From Candidatus Cloacimonadales bacterium (lineage in GTDB: Bacteria; Cloacimonadota; Cloacimonadia; Cloacimonadales; JAFGVF01), in NCBI GenBank assembly GCA_963667035.1, contig OY762964.1, positions 1,088,001 through 1,152,000 of the forward strand: 64,000 nt of DNA, read 5' to 3'. How positions within the stretch are numbered: position 1 is the first letter of the stretch; every line of letters starts with the position of its first letter. The position numbers were made by a program, and so were the translations under genes. Below the pieces are notes generated by a model. That model saw only the letters and a program-made list of their open reading frames with translations. It had not been told where the DNA came from and made no database searches. This document shows positions 19,265-28,739 of the stretch, in pieces.

Positions 19265-22228
19265 ATGATTTCAGATAAGTTCGGCAGTCTACTCCATCAT
19301 TCCAGATTCGGAAGTAAAGATTTCCATCGCCTAATGAAGAAGAGAGTAACCAAGATTCTTTTGGTTTCTTCATTTTACGATGCTTATATATTTGAACAGG
19401 ACGGTAATTTTTCAGAGCAGATATTCGGGGAATACAGAGAGTTTAATCTCTCGGCTGTACCTAGAATAATTCATGTCCCTACAATAGAAGATGCTCTCAA
19501 TATTCTTGATGAAGATGATTTTGACATGGTTATAACCATGATGCGTATTGGTGAGACAATTCCATATAGATTAAGTAAATCAATTAAAGAGAAATACCCT
19601 GAACTTCCGGTTTTACTACTATTGAATGTACAATCGGACATCGGCTTAATCAAAGCCAGTCCGGACAAAATGATGTATATAGACGATGTCTTTCTCTGGA
19701 ATGGTGATAGTAAGCTCTTTTTAGCTATGATTAAGAGTATTGAAGATAAACTGAACTTGGAAGAGGATACAAAGAACAGTTTTGTTAGTGTTATCCTGAT
19801 TGTGGAGGACTCGGTTAACTTCTATTCGGCATTTTTACCGCTGATTTATACCGAGATTATGATGCAGACTCAGCGTATTATTGAACAGGAAATCAATGAT
19901 ATGAACAAGCGTTACAGGATGAGATCAAGACCTAAAGTTATACTTGTTCATAACTATGAAGATGCGATTAGTACCTATCGAAAGTATAAAGAGTATATAA
20001 TAGGTGTTATAACGGATATTGAGTATCCCGTAAATGGTAAAATGGATCCTCAGGCAGGTATTAATCTTATGAAGCAGATTCGTTCGCTTGATAGTCATTT
20101 ACCTATACTATTACAATCATCCGATATCCAATGGACAAGCTATGTGGAGAACTTTCATGCCCAGTTCTTATCAAAGCAATCGAAATCACTATTGCAAGAT
20201 TTGAAGAAATTCATACACTTCTATCTTGGATATGGAGAGATAATATTCTGCGATGAACAGGGGAATGAGTTTACCAGAGCCAATACGTTAAATGACCTTG
20301 AAAAGTGCCTAAATACAATACCGGATTCTTCTTTGTTATATCATAGTAACTACAACCATTTTTCGACTTGGCTTATGGCTCATGGTGAAATCTCGGCAGC
20401 TCGAAAGATAAAAGAGATACGACCTTGGGTATTTTACACTACAAAAGAGCTTAGAAACTATCTCAGAAGTATTTTTAGAGAAGTTAGAATAGAGAAATCA
20501 AGAGGTAAGATTGTTAATTTCAATCCTGAGAATCTTAAAATAAGAAACCAGATAGTCAAACTATCGGAAGGCTCTTTAGGTGGAAAGGGAAGAGGTCTTG
20601 CTTTCTTGAATAATCTGCTGACCATTATAAGTAGTGAAGAGAAATATGAATCTATCTTTATTACTCTACCTCTGACCGCAATTATCGGTACACAGGAGTA
20701 TGATGATTTCATTGTAAACAATAAAATTACAACTGCAATCACTTTGTTACCCGATGCAGAGATTGCCTCTATCTTTATGCATGGTAAGCTTACAGAAACA
20801 TTACTTCAAAAGTTGGATATCTACCTTGATACAATTAGAAAGCCTATTGCCGTGCGTTCTTCCGGTTTGCTGGAAGACTCACAAGCCCAACCTTTTGCAG
20901 GAATTTATTCAACATACATGCTTCCAAATAATCACGAAGATAAGAGTGTTAGGTTGGAGAGATTGACCCAAGCAATAAAACTTGTTTATGCCTCAGTTTA
21001 CATGAGGACAGCCAGATCCTACATAGAAAGTGTTAACTATAAAGTTGAAGAAGAAAAGATGGCCGTAATTATTCAGGAAGTTGCAGGAGCTGAACACAAA
21101 GGTTACTACTATCCGCACATCTCCGGAGTTGGTCAGTCATATAATTTCTATCCTACTCATAGCTTAGAGCATGAGGACGGTATTTGCTCAATGGCAATGG
21201 GACTTGGTATCTCAGTCGTTGAAGGAAGCAATATTTATCATTTCTCTCCGAAGTACCCTCAGGTGCAGTCAATAAGTGAATCAGAGATGGTTTCTAAAAC
21301 CCAGAAACACTTCTTTGCTTTGGATATGAATAATCACGACTACAATATTCTTGATGGGGAAGATGCCAATCTGAAGAAGCTTAGTCTTAGGCAGGCTGAA
21401 CCTCATAAAACATTGACTCATCTGGTTTCAACTTGGGATTATGAAAATGATCGTCTCGTTGATGGCTATCAGGTTAAAGGGTTAAAAGTTCTCACTTTTG
21501 CTAATATTCTAAAATATGAACATATACCATTAGCCGAACTCTTAAACGATTTTCTCAAGATAGGGCAAATGGCAATGGGAGCACCGGTCGAAATTGAATT
21601 TGCGGTAACTTTACACCGTACAATGAATAAGAATGCTACTTTCAACATCCTACAGATTAGGCCTTTAACAACTAACTACGAGCAGATTAGAATCGATACC
21701 GATTCAATAAATCCTAATGAACTTGTTCTTGAGACTACAAGTAGTATGGGATTTGGTAAGAAAGATAACCTCTACGATATTATATTTGTGAATCCTAAGC
21801 GTTTTAAGAGTACGGAGACCATGAATATGCTGGAAGAGCTTAATGAGCTTAATGCTCAGATGAGAGAGCAAAACCGACCCTATATCCTCATTGGCTTCGG
21901 AAGATGGGGGACAAGGGATGAATTCCTGGGAATCCCGGTAAAATGGGAGAACATCGATAAAGCCAACGTTATTGTTGAAGCTGAACTCCCGAATTTTAGA
22001 GTTGATCCTTCTCAAGGTACTCATTTCTTCCATAATATGGTCGCCATGAATATTGGCTATTTCTCAGTTGGATATGATAAAAAGAATAATCATATTGATT
22101 GGGATTTTTTACTTAACCATCCAAGAAGAAAAGAAGGTAACTATTTCGTTCATATCAGAAGCTTTAAACCTTTCGAAGTGTTAATGGATGGCGAAACTAA
22201 TACTGCGATAATAAAGAAGGATATTTAG
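19265..22228 (+). CDS. Receiver-like domains fused to a PEP-synthase/PPDK N-terminal (ATP-grasp) domain
   Basis: ILLVSS and ILIVED receiver-like starts; GGKGRGLAF, IAVRSSGLLEDS, FAGIYST, PVEIEFA, LQIRP and SQGTHFF motifs. Confidence 0.8.
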   Translation: MISDKFGSLLHHSRFGSKDFHRLMKKRVTKILLVSSFYDAYIFEQDGNFSEQIFGEYREFNLSAVPRIIHVPTIEDALNILDEDDFDMVITMMRIGETIPYRLSKSIKEKYPELPVLLLLNVQSDIGLIKASPDKMMYIDDVFLWNGDSKLFLAMIKSIEDKLNLEEDTKNSFVSVILIVEDSVNFYSAFLPLIYTEIMMQTQRIIEQEINDMNKRYRMRSRPKVILVHNYEDAISTYRKYKEYIIGVITDIEYPVNGKMDPQAGINLMKQIRSLDSHLPILLQSSDIQWTSYVENFHAQFLSKQSKSLLQDLKKFIHFYLGYGEIIFCDEQGNEFTRANTLNDLEKCLNTIPDSSLLYHSNYNHFSTWLMAHGEISAARKIKEIRPWVFYTTKELRNYLRSIFREVRIEKSRGKIVNFNPENLKIRNQIVKLSEGSLGGKGRGLAFLNNLLTIISSEEKYESIFITLPLTAIIGTQEYDDFIVNNKITTAITLLPDAEIASIFMHGKLTETLLQKLDIYLDTIRKPIAVRSSGLLEDSQAQPFAGIYSTYMLPNNHEDKSVRLERLTQAIKLVYASVYMRTARSYIESVNYKVEEEKMAVIIQEVAGAEHKGYYYPHISGVGQSYNFYPTHSLEHEDGICSMAMGLGISVVEGSNIYHFSPKYPQVQSISESEMVSKTQKHFFALDMNNHDYNILDGEDANLKKLSLRQAEPHKTLTHLVSTWDYENDRLVDGYQVKGLKVLTFANILKYEHIPLAELLNDFLKIGQMAMGAPVEIEFAVTLHRTMNKNATFNILQIRPLTTNYEQIRIDTDSINPNELVLETTSSMGFGKKDNLYDIIFVNPKRFKSTETMNMLEELNELNAQMREQNRPYILIGFGRWGTRDEFLGIPVKWENIDKANVIVEAELPNFRVDPSQGTHFFHNMVAMNIGYFSVGYDKKNNHIDWDFLLNHPRRKEGNYFVHIRSFKPFEVLMDGETNTAIIKKDI

Positions 22229-22551
22229 TTATTCATTTTGATTAAAGTAACATGCATAATGGTAACAAATATTATTAGAAATGCTACCATTAGTCCTTTT
22301 CATGCATTCCTCTATATAATATTTATGCAAATATGAACATGAGTAATGAAAGTCAATAAAGATTTAAATGAGTGTTTACAGTAGAATCTATGTATCATGC
22401 TTGAGCTATATAAATTTTATTAAGCTTTACTGATAAATGCTAGATCACAATAGATTAAACCTAGAAGTAGGATTGCGAGCTGGAGTTCGCCTACCCTATG
22501 TTACCATAGTTTAAAATCCATGACTACTACTAAGTTATCCTTTTTGGAAAT

Positions 22552-22584
22552 AAAAAAACAGGCTTCTGATTAATCAGAAGCCTG
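22552..22584 (-). terminator. Intrinsic terminator after serC
   Basis: CAGGCTTCTGA-TTAA-TCAGAAGCCTG perfect stem preceded by an A-run (U-tail on the minus strand). Confidence 0.8.
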
Positions 22585-22605
22585 CAATATATAACAATAT
22601 ATTAA

Positions 22606-23697
22606 CTATTTATTCTCAGCCATGAATTTCTTCATGAATTCAGCTAAGGCATGTGCACTTTCGTAAGGGCATGCATTATAAACAGAAGCTCTGCAACCAC
22701 CAACTGAACGGTGACCTTTAAGCCCGTTAAGATCGTTTGCGGCAGCTTCAGCTATGAATTTCTTTGATAACTCATCGCTAGGAAGAAGGAAAGTGATATT
22801 CATTAATGAACGACTTTCTTTATCTGTAACAGAGCCGGTATAGAAACCGTTTGAGTTATCGATCACATCATAGATGAGGTTTGCTTTTGCAAGATTACTC
22901 TCTTTGATGCTGTCAATTCCACCTTGTTCAAGAATCCATTTGAAAACTTCACCAATTACATAAATAGCGAATGCCGGTGGTGTGTTAAACATAGATTCTT
23001 TAGCAATGTGTGTTTTGTAATCAAGCATAGTAGGAAGTCCACCGGGAAGCTTAGCTGCAAATTCTTTTTTGATAAGAACAACAGTACAACCTGCCGGACC
23101 AACATTCTTCTGGGCTCCGGCATATACCATGTCATATTTTTCAATATCAACAGGTCTGCTCATGAAGTTAGAAGACATATCGGCAATTAGAGGAACACCT
23201 GCAGGAACTTCAGGAGTCCAATGGTATTCTGTACCTCTGATTGTGTTATTGTGAGTGATATGAAGATAAGCAGGGTTCTCGGAGAGAGTGAACTCTCTAG
23301 GAATATAAGCAAATCCATCGGCTTCAGATGTAGCGGCAAGATGAGTTTTCTTACCAATCTTAATAGCCTCTTTATAAGCATTAGTTGCCCAAGTACCTGT
23401 ATTAATGTAGTTAGCAACTTTGTCGTCAGGGCAAAGATTCATAGCTACCATAAGGAACTGTGTGCTAGCTCCACCTTGTAAAAAGAGAACTTCCCAGTCA
23501 TCACCGAGTCCGTAGATCTTTCTTGCATTCTCGCGAGCAGCATTGATAATCTCACCATACTCTTTTGAACGGTGAGACATCTCCATTACTGAGAGACCTA
23601 AACCTTTGTAGCTTACAAGGTCTTTTTGAACCTGATGTAACACCTCTAAAGGAAGTGTTGAAGGTCCGGCACTGAAGTTATGAATTCTTTTTTCCAT
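22606..23697 (-). CDS. serC: Phosphoserine aminotransferase
   Basis: NFSAGPS, EMSHRS, LQGGAS, DMSS, AGAQKN and GHRSVGG motifs; start placed at ATG 23697 after GGAGG. Confidence 0.95.
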   Translation of the reverse strand: MEKRIHNFSAGPSTLPLEVLHQVQKDLVSYKGLGLSVMEMSHRSKEYGEIINAARENARKIYGLGDDWEVLFLQGGASTQFLMVAMNLCPDDKVANYINTGTWATNAYKEAIKIGKKTHLAATSEADGFAYIPREFTLSENPAYLHITHNNTIRGTEYHWTPEVPAGVPLIADMSSNFMSRPVDIEKYDMVYAGAQKNVGPAGCTVVLIKKEFAAKLPGGLPTMLDYKTHIAKESMFNTPPAFAIYVIGEVFKWILEQGGIDSIKESNLAKANLIYDVIDNSNGFYTGSVTDKESRSLMNITFLLPSDELSKKFIAEAAANDLNGLKGHRSVGGCRASVYNACPYESAHALAEFMKKFMAENK

Positions 23698-23804
23698 GCA
23701 ATCCTCCATTTATTATATTTTTTTGGATTATTATCGCTAATATGAGAAGAAGTCACACTATTTTGTCAATCAAAATTAATGACATGTTCTCTTATGCTAC
23801 TTAA

Positions 23805-25088
23805 CTAGCCTTTGTAAAACTCTTTAAGTGCTTCAATCATATAGATATGATCTGCTTGTCCACCTGTTTCACGCACTGAGTGCATTGCCCAAACGGGAGA
23901 ACCAATATCAACCGTATCTATACCTAATAAAGCTGAGCTGATTGGTCCGATTGTTGAACCGGAACGGGCATCTGATCTGCCAATTATCTTTTGTACAGGA
24001 ACATTGGCTTTCTGACATAACTGCTCGAAGAAATAGGATGTCTCTGCAGTTGTTGCATAGCTGAACCCGGCATTAATCTTAATCACCGGTCCTTTATTCA
24101 TAACAGGAGTATAGGCGGGGTCATGTTTGTCTCCAAAATTAGGATGATAAGCATGAGCAAGGTCAGCAGATACCAATATACTCTTTCTAATTGCTATTAA
24201 GTTTTCTTCTTCGTTAAGATTGTGTGCAATAGAGATTCTCTTAAGTATTGTAGCTAAGAAAGGAGAAGCAGCACCTTGTAATGTTCTGCTTCCTACCTCT
24301 TCATTATCAAAGAAGATGCCTACAAGTGTAGAGTCGGAAACTTCAGATTCGATAAGGGAAGTTAAAATTGCATGACACATAGATAAGTCATCCTGCCTGC
24401 CTGAAACTATATAGCCATCTTCAATTTCACCTATTAAAGAGGTTGGCTGCGGGTCATACAAGAATAAATCGTATTCCAATATATCTTCCATCGGTATATC
24501 GAGATGTTCAGCTAATAGACCTTTCAAGTAGTTTTCATTGTTCTCGCCACCTGTCCCCATCATTATAGGAAGATGATGTTGAGCATTATACTTAAAACCA
24601 GCATTTACTTCTCTATTCATGTGAATAGCTGCATTGGGAATAATACCTAGTGGTTTAATCAGATTTACAAGTCTTGATTCAAAGTTGTCATCAACTTTTA
24701 TGACTACTCTTCCGGCAACAGAGAGCTCTCTATCGAGCCATGTTGATAATATGGGACCGCCGTATACTTCTACACCAAGCTTACGTGTTCCTTTCACAGT
24801 TGTCTCTGTTAAAGGTTTAATCTTCAAGGCAGGACTGTCAGTGTGTGCTCCGATTAACTTATAACCAAAATCTTTAGGAGAAGAAGTTCCATTGATAAAG
24901 GCAATCACAGCTGATTGATTCCGCTGAATATAATATTTACCGCCTTTCTCAAGCTTCCATTCTTCGCACTCATCCAGCATTTTGTAGCCAGCATTTTCAA
25001 GTTCATATATAATGTTACTGCTTGCTTGATAAGCAGTTGGTGATTGGTCTAAGAATTCTTTTAGCTCTTCAACATACTTTCTATTCAT
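23805..25088 (-). CDS. apeB: M18 family aminopeptidase
   Basis: GAHTDSP, YGGPIL.TWLDREL, FDNEEVGS, SADLAHA.HPN, GSTIGPI and AMHSVRE motifs. Confidence 0.88.
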   Translation of the reverse strand: MNRKYVEELKEFLDQSPTAYQASSNIIYELENAGYKMLDECEEWKLEKGGKYYIQRNQSAVIAFINGTSSPKDFGYKLIGAHTDSPALKIKPLTETTVKGTRKLGVEVYGGPILSTWLDRELSVAGRVVIKVDDNFESRLVNLIKPLGIIPNAAIHMNREVNAGFKYNAQHHLPIMMGTGGENNENYLKGLLAEHLDIPMEDILEYDLFLYDPQPTSLIGEIEDGYIVSGRQDDLSMCHAILTSLIESEVSDSTLVGIFFDNEEVGSRTLQGAASPFLATILKRISIAHNLNEEENLIAIRKSILVSADLAHAYHPNFGDKHDPAYTPVMNKGPVIKINAGFSYATTAETSYFFEQLCQKANVPVQKIIGRSDARSGSTIGPISSALLGIDTVDIGSPVWAMHSVRETGGQADHIYMIEALKEFYKG

Positions 25089-25314
25089 GTTAATTCTCCT
25101 TTGTATCTTTATTTACAATATGTTAAATCTTGGCAAGTAATTTTGACAACACACTTTTTTATATATGTTTACTTATCGGAAATACTGTGAAGTATTACAT
25201 TTACACTTGCTGAACTCTTACGTTTCCCTTTATTCTTTTATGAAGTTATAAATTGTTTATAAGAGGATGGATATCTTAGCGTACTAAAGCATCTTAGGGT
25301 TGTTTGATAGTATA

Positions 25315-26661
25315 TTATAGCATATTAATTTTGTCTATATAAGCGGTCATATCAAACTTACGCTCTAATCCTTTATCGTTCATGTAGCGAACTTTTCCGA
25401 ATATTGGTCTTTCTTTCCAAGCCGTATCATGCTTTCCGAAGCACCAAGCTACTCCTGCATAGCCATTAGGACTAAATCCGTCTATTGAGTACTTATTGTT
25501 GAGATATAAGGCTATTTCGTATGCATCTAAAGGATCTTTAGTCCATTCAATAATCTTTTTACCCCAATACATTCGCATGTAACCATGCATTTTACCCGTT
25601 ACTAGCATCTCCTTTTGAGCTGCATTCCAATAGACATCATGAGTCTCCGCATCTTCAAGTTGTTTCAAAGTATAAATGTACTCTCGTTTGTCATCCGAGT
25701 GATCCTGAAGAGTTTGCTTAGCCCAATCGGGTAGTGAATTAAAGTTTTCATAGTTAGTATTATAGTGCACAAAATTATATGAGAGCTCGCGTCGGACTAC
25801 TAATTGCTCAACGAACCTATCCCTATTAGCATCACTATGTTTTTCCAGAGTGTTCAATATTCGTATAGGGGAGATTTGACCGAAATTAAGATAAGGACTG
25901 ATGTTTGATTGATAGTTTTCGCCTACAATATTCCTACCTTCATTATAGTAGCTTAGTCCTTTTTCAATAAAGTCTCTAATCAGTTTGACTGCTTTCCTCT
26001 CACCTGAAGCAAGTTTAATAGGATTTATGTATGGCTTTAATTTTAGTTTGTCGATGAAAGGTTTCATGTTCGGATAGAAAGAGAAATTGTTAGGAAAATC
26101 CAGATTTAGGCTTTCAACAAAAACTTTTGGAGTATTGGTTTTAGATATGAAATAGGATAGTTTCTCATGAATTCTAGGTCTGAATGTTCGAGCTGCGTAT
26201 TCTTCTTTTGTAGATGCAATACTAACAGGCACAGTTAGTTCAGATTCAAATAGCTTAAAGGAACAGGGTAACTTTATCTTACTTCTAATATCATTATCTT
26301 CCTTCAAATATGAATAGTCACCAATTACTTCAACAGCTTCCTTTCCATATCTCTGTACACATGCGACTTTCTTATCAATTTCAATTTGAAGTCTGATACC
26401 TCCAGAGTAGAGGTCTCTTCTAAGAGAGTTCAGGCCTTCGAGAATAAATTCATAGTGTCTTGAATTTAGCAGGGGATAACTCAAATCAATAATATAAAGA
26501 ATAAGCAATGGTTTCTTGTATTTGTTTGCTAACTCAATTGCGTGATTCAATGAATAGTTATCTCTTATTCTAAGGCTTTGATCCATCCAATATAGTATAT
26601 AGTGTCCAGCCTGATTAGGTTTCTTATCATTGATGATATGTAGTCTTTCGGTTTGATTCAT
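25315..26661 (-). CDS. phrB: Class II CPD photolyase
   Basis: KEEYAARTFRP, SPYLNFGQIS, VRRELS.NF, THD.YWNAAQ, HGYMRMYW and RPIFGKVRYM motifs. Confidence 0.9.
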   Translation of the reverse strand: MNQTERLHIINDKKPNQAGHYILYWMDQSLRIRDNYSLNHAIELANKYKKPLLILYIIDLSYPLLNSRHYEFILEGLNSLRRDLYSGGIRLQIEIDKKVACVQRYGKEAVEVIGDYSYLKEDNDIRSKIKLPCSFKLFESELTVPVSIASTKEEYAARTFRPRIHEKLSYFISKTNTPKVFVESLNLDFPNNFSFYPNMKPFIDKLKLKPYINPIKLASGERKAVKLIRDFIEKGLSYYNEGRNIVGENYQSNISPYLNFGQISPIRILNTLEKHSDANRDRFVEQLVVRRELSYNFVHYNTNYENFNSLPDWAKQTLQDHSDDKREYIYTLKQLEDAETHDVYWNAAQKEMLVTGKMHGYMRMYWGKKIIEWTKDPLDAYEIALYLNNKYSIDGFSPNGYAGVAWCFGKHDTAWKERPIFGKVRYMNDKGLERKFDMTAYIDKINML

Positions 26662-26900
26662 TAGTTATCCCTATTGATTATGATTTCAATAATAATATAA
26701 GGTGCTTTGTTGCTTTTGCAATTGTTAATAGTTATTAAAAGAAGGGTTGTCCCCGGTCTAAACAAATTTGAGCGTTAGAAGTATAGCTATTCGAACCGGG
26801 GACAATATTGAGAGAGGGTTAGTATAGTATGTATGACATTGCTTTTTAAAATATCCTGCACAATAAAAAAGAATATTTGGAGGAAACCGTTTAGAATGAA

Positions 26901-26931
26901 TAAAGGCTGTTGAATTAATCAACAGCCTTTA
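26901..26931. terminator. Hairpin terminator after the PPIase gene
   Basis: TAAAGGCTGTTGA-ATTAA-TCAACAGCCTTTA inverted repeat. Confidence 0.7.
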
Positions 26932-26952
26932 CAAGTATTTACAGAAAAATCT

Positions 26953-28737
26953 TTATTGTGGATTGAAAGCAGGGTCATCAAACCATTTATAAACTTTGGC
27001 TTCATTAATCTTTGATGTTAACCATGAATCAAAGAACTTATCACTTTCTTCTTGGGAAAGCTTCTGGAAAAGCTCTCTCTTAACAACATGAAGGTTCTTC
27101 TTATCCGGTCTCTGAATACTCTTAGCATAACCAATATAAACGCCATCTTCAAGAACAACAGGTTGAGTCGCTGTTTTAGCAGAACGTAGATTGATAATAT
27201 CATCAATAAGGTTACTACTATTTATCCCATGAACTGAACTTTCATAAGTTAGCTTAGGTAAATCTATTATCTCATAACCTGATTGCATAGCAGTTTCGAA
27301 GAGTTTGTCTCCTTTGAAGCTATCAATAAGCCTCTTAGCATTATCAACAGTGAGACGAAGCTTTTTCTCAACTAAAAGTTCAGCTTCAATCTCTTTTTTG
27401 ACTGTTTCAACCGGAACATAGCTACTGGCTTTTGCTTCAGTAACTTCAATAAGTATGAATGCTTTCTCATTATGATGCTTGATTGGGTCTATGACTGTAC
27501 CGGCAGGTTTTCTGATTAACTCACTAACAAGAGTAGTACTCTTACCTAATGACGGAATAACATCGTTTTCTTCAGTTAAACCGTTAACTCTCTCAACAGT
27601 CATATTATATTCTGCTGCTGCTCCTGCAAGACCGATAGTCTTAGCTAATTGAGTGACATTCTTCATCTTTTCATCAATCATAGCATAGGCTTTCTCTCCG
27701 GCAACAGGCTTAATTCTTATGAGTCTCAATTTAACCATTGTTTTGGTTTTGTCCTCTACTTGATAGATACTCCATTCTCCATCATTTAGTAAAGGCTTAG
27801 TAAAACTTGAAATAGGGGTCCTTTTTACAGCATTAACAACGTTAGTTGGCAAATCTGCTAATTTAATAAATCCTAAAGAACCATCATTTTTCCGTGAATT
27901 ATGCATTGAATATTGTGTTGCCAAATGTGAGAATACAGCACCATTATTAAGTTCAGTAAAGAGTGAATCAGCAACATATCTAGCATTCTCTTTGTCTTCA
28001 TCCGTAGGTAATACAGGGAACTTCATATAAGTAATATCACAACTTGCAGGAATAAAGTACTCTCTAATGTTCTTATTATAGTAATCATCTATCTCTGCAT
28101 TTATTACAACAGTTCTTGTATCTTCCGGATTCATATAAATGATTTTAGCATCAACAGTTGAATAGTAGTACTCGTATACATTTTCAAGTTCTTCCGTACT
28201 CATATCCTGAGCTCTGTAGGATAACTGTTTCAATTTTTGAAGAGGAATCTTATATCTAAGATAATCCATCTTCAACCAACCTAAATCAATTGGATCGCTC
28301 TCTCTCAAGCATTTCTCATATAATGTGTAATCAAATTCACCATCCATATTGAACAGGGGTGAATTCTTCATTAAAGTAGGAACATTTGTTAGTAATGTAT
28401 CTAGAACTTCAGGCATTGTCGAAGTAATATTATACTTATCGAACAAATCAACCAGTACAAAATGCTTAACAATATCCTCCCAGGTTTGATCATAAATCTG
28501 TCGCTTTTCTTCATCTGAAGGTTTACGATTGATTCTCAAGGAATATCCCTCGTAATGCCCCATATATGAACGAACAAAATCATCTTCAGTAACATTATGA
28601 TCGTTAATTTTTCCGGCATAATCACTACGTGTTTTAGTATCATTAGTACCCACAACTGTTTGCATGAAATTCGAACTACAACCCGCAAGTAGTACTATTG
28701 ATACTAAACAAAATAGGGTTAATCTGGATAATCTCAT
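26953..28737 (-). CDS. SurA/PpiD-like peptidyl-prolyl isomerase chaperone, probable lipoprotein
   Basis: LAGC lipobox; parvulin-like F..LA..YS...DGSLGF motif; start at ATG 28737. Confidence 0.75.
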   Translation of the reverse strand: MRLSRLTLFCLVSIVLLAGCSSNFMQTVVGTNDTKTRSDYAGKINDHNVTEDDFVRSYMGHYEGYSLRINRKPSDEEKRQIYDQTWEDIVKHFVLVDLFDKYNITSTMPEVLDTLLTNVPTLMKNSPLFNMDGEFDYTLYEKCLRESDPIDLGWLKMDYLRYKIPLQKLKQLSYRAQDMSTEELENVYEYYYSTVDAKIIYMNPEDTRTVVINAEIDDYYNKNIREYFIPASCDITYMKFPVLPTDEDKENARYVADSLFTELNNGAVFSHLATQYSMHNSRKNDGSLGFIKLADLPTNVVNAVKRTPISSFTKPLLNDGEWSIYQVEDKTKTMVKLRLIRIKPVAGEKAYAMIDEKMKNVTQLAKTIGLAGAAAEYNMTVERVNGLTEENDVIPSLGKSTTLVSELIRKPAGTVIDPIKHHNEKAFILIEVTEAKASSYVPVETVKKEIEAELLVEKKLRLTVDNAKRLIDSFKGDKLFETAMQSGYEIIDLPKLTYESSVHGINSSNLIDDIINLRSAKTATQPVVLEDGVYIGYAKSIQRPDKKNLHVVKRELFQKLSQEESDKFFDSWLTSKINEAKVYKWFDDPAFNPQ

Positions 28738-28739
28738 TA

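Noticed and set aside
22467..22496. GTAGG...GCGAGCTGGAGTTCGC..CTAC REP-like hairpin
   Set aside because: Single copy in the window, so a repeat family cannot be supported.
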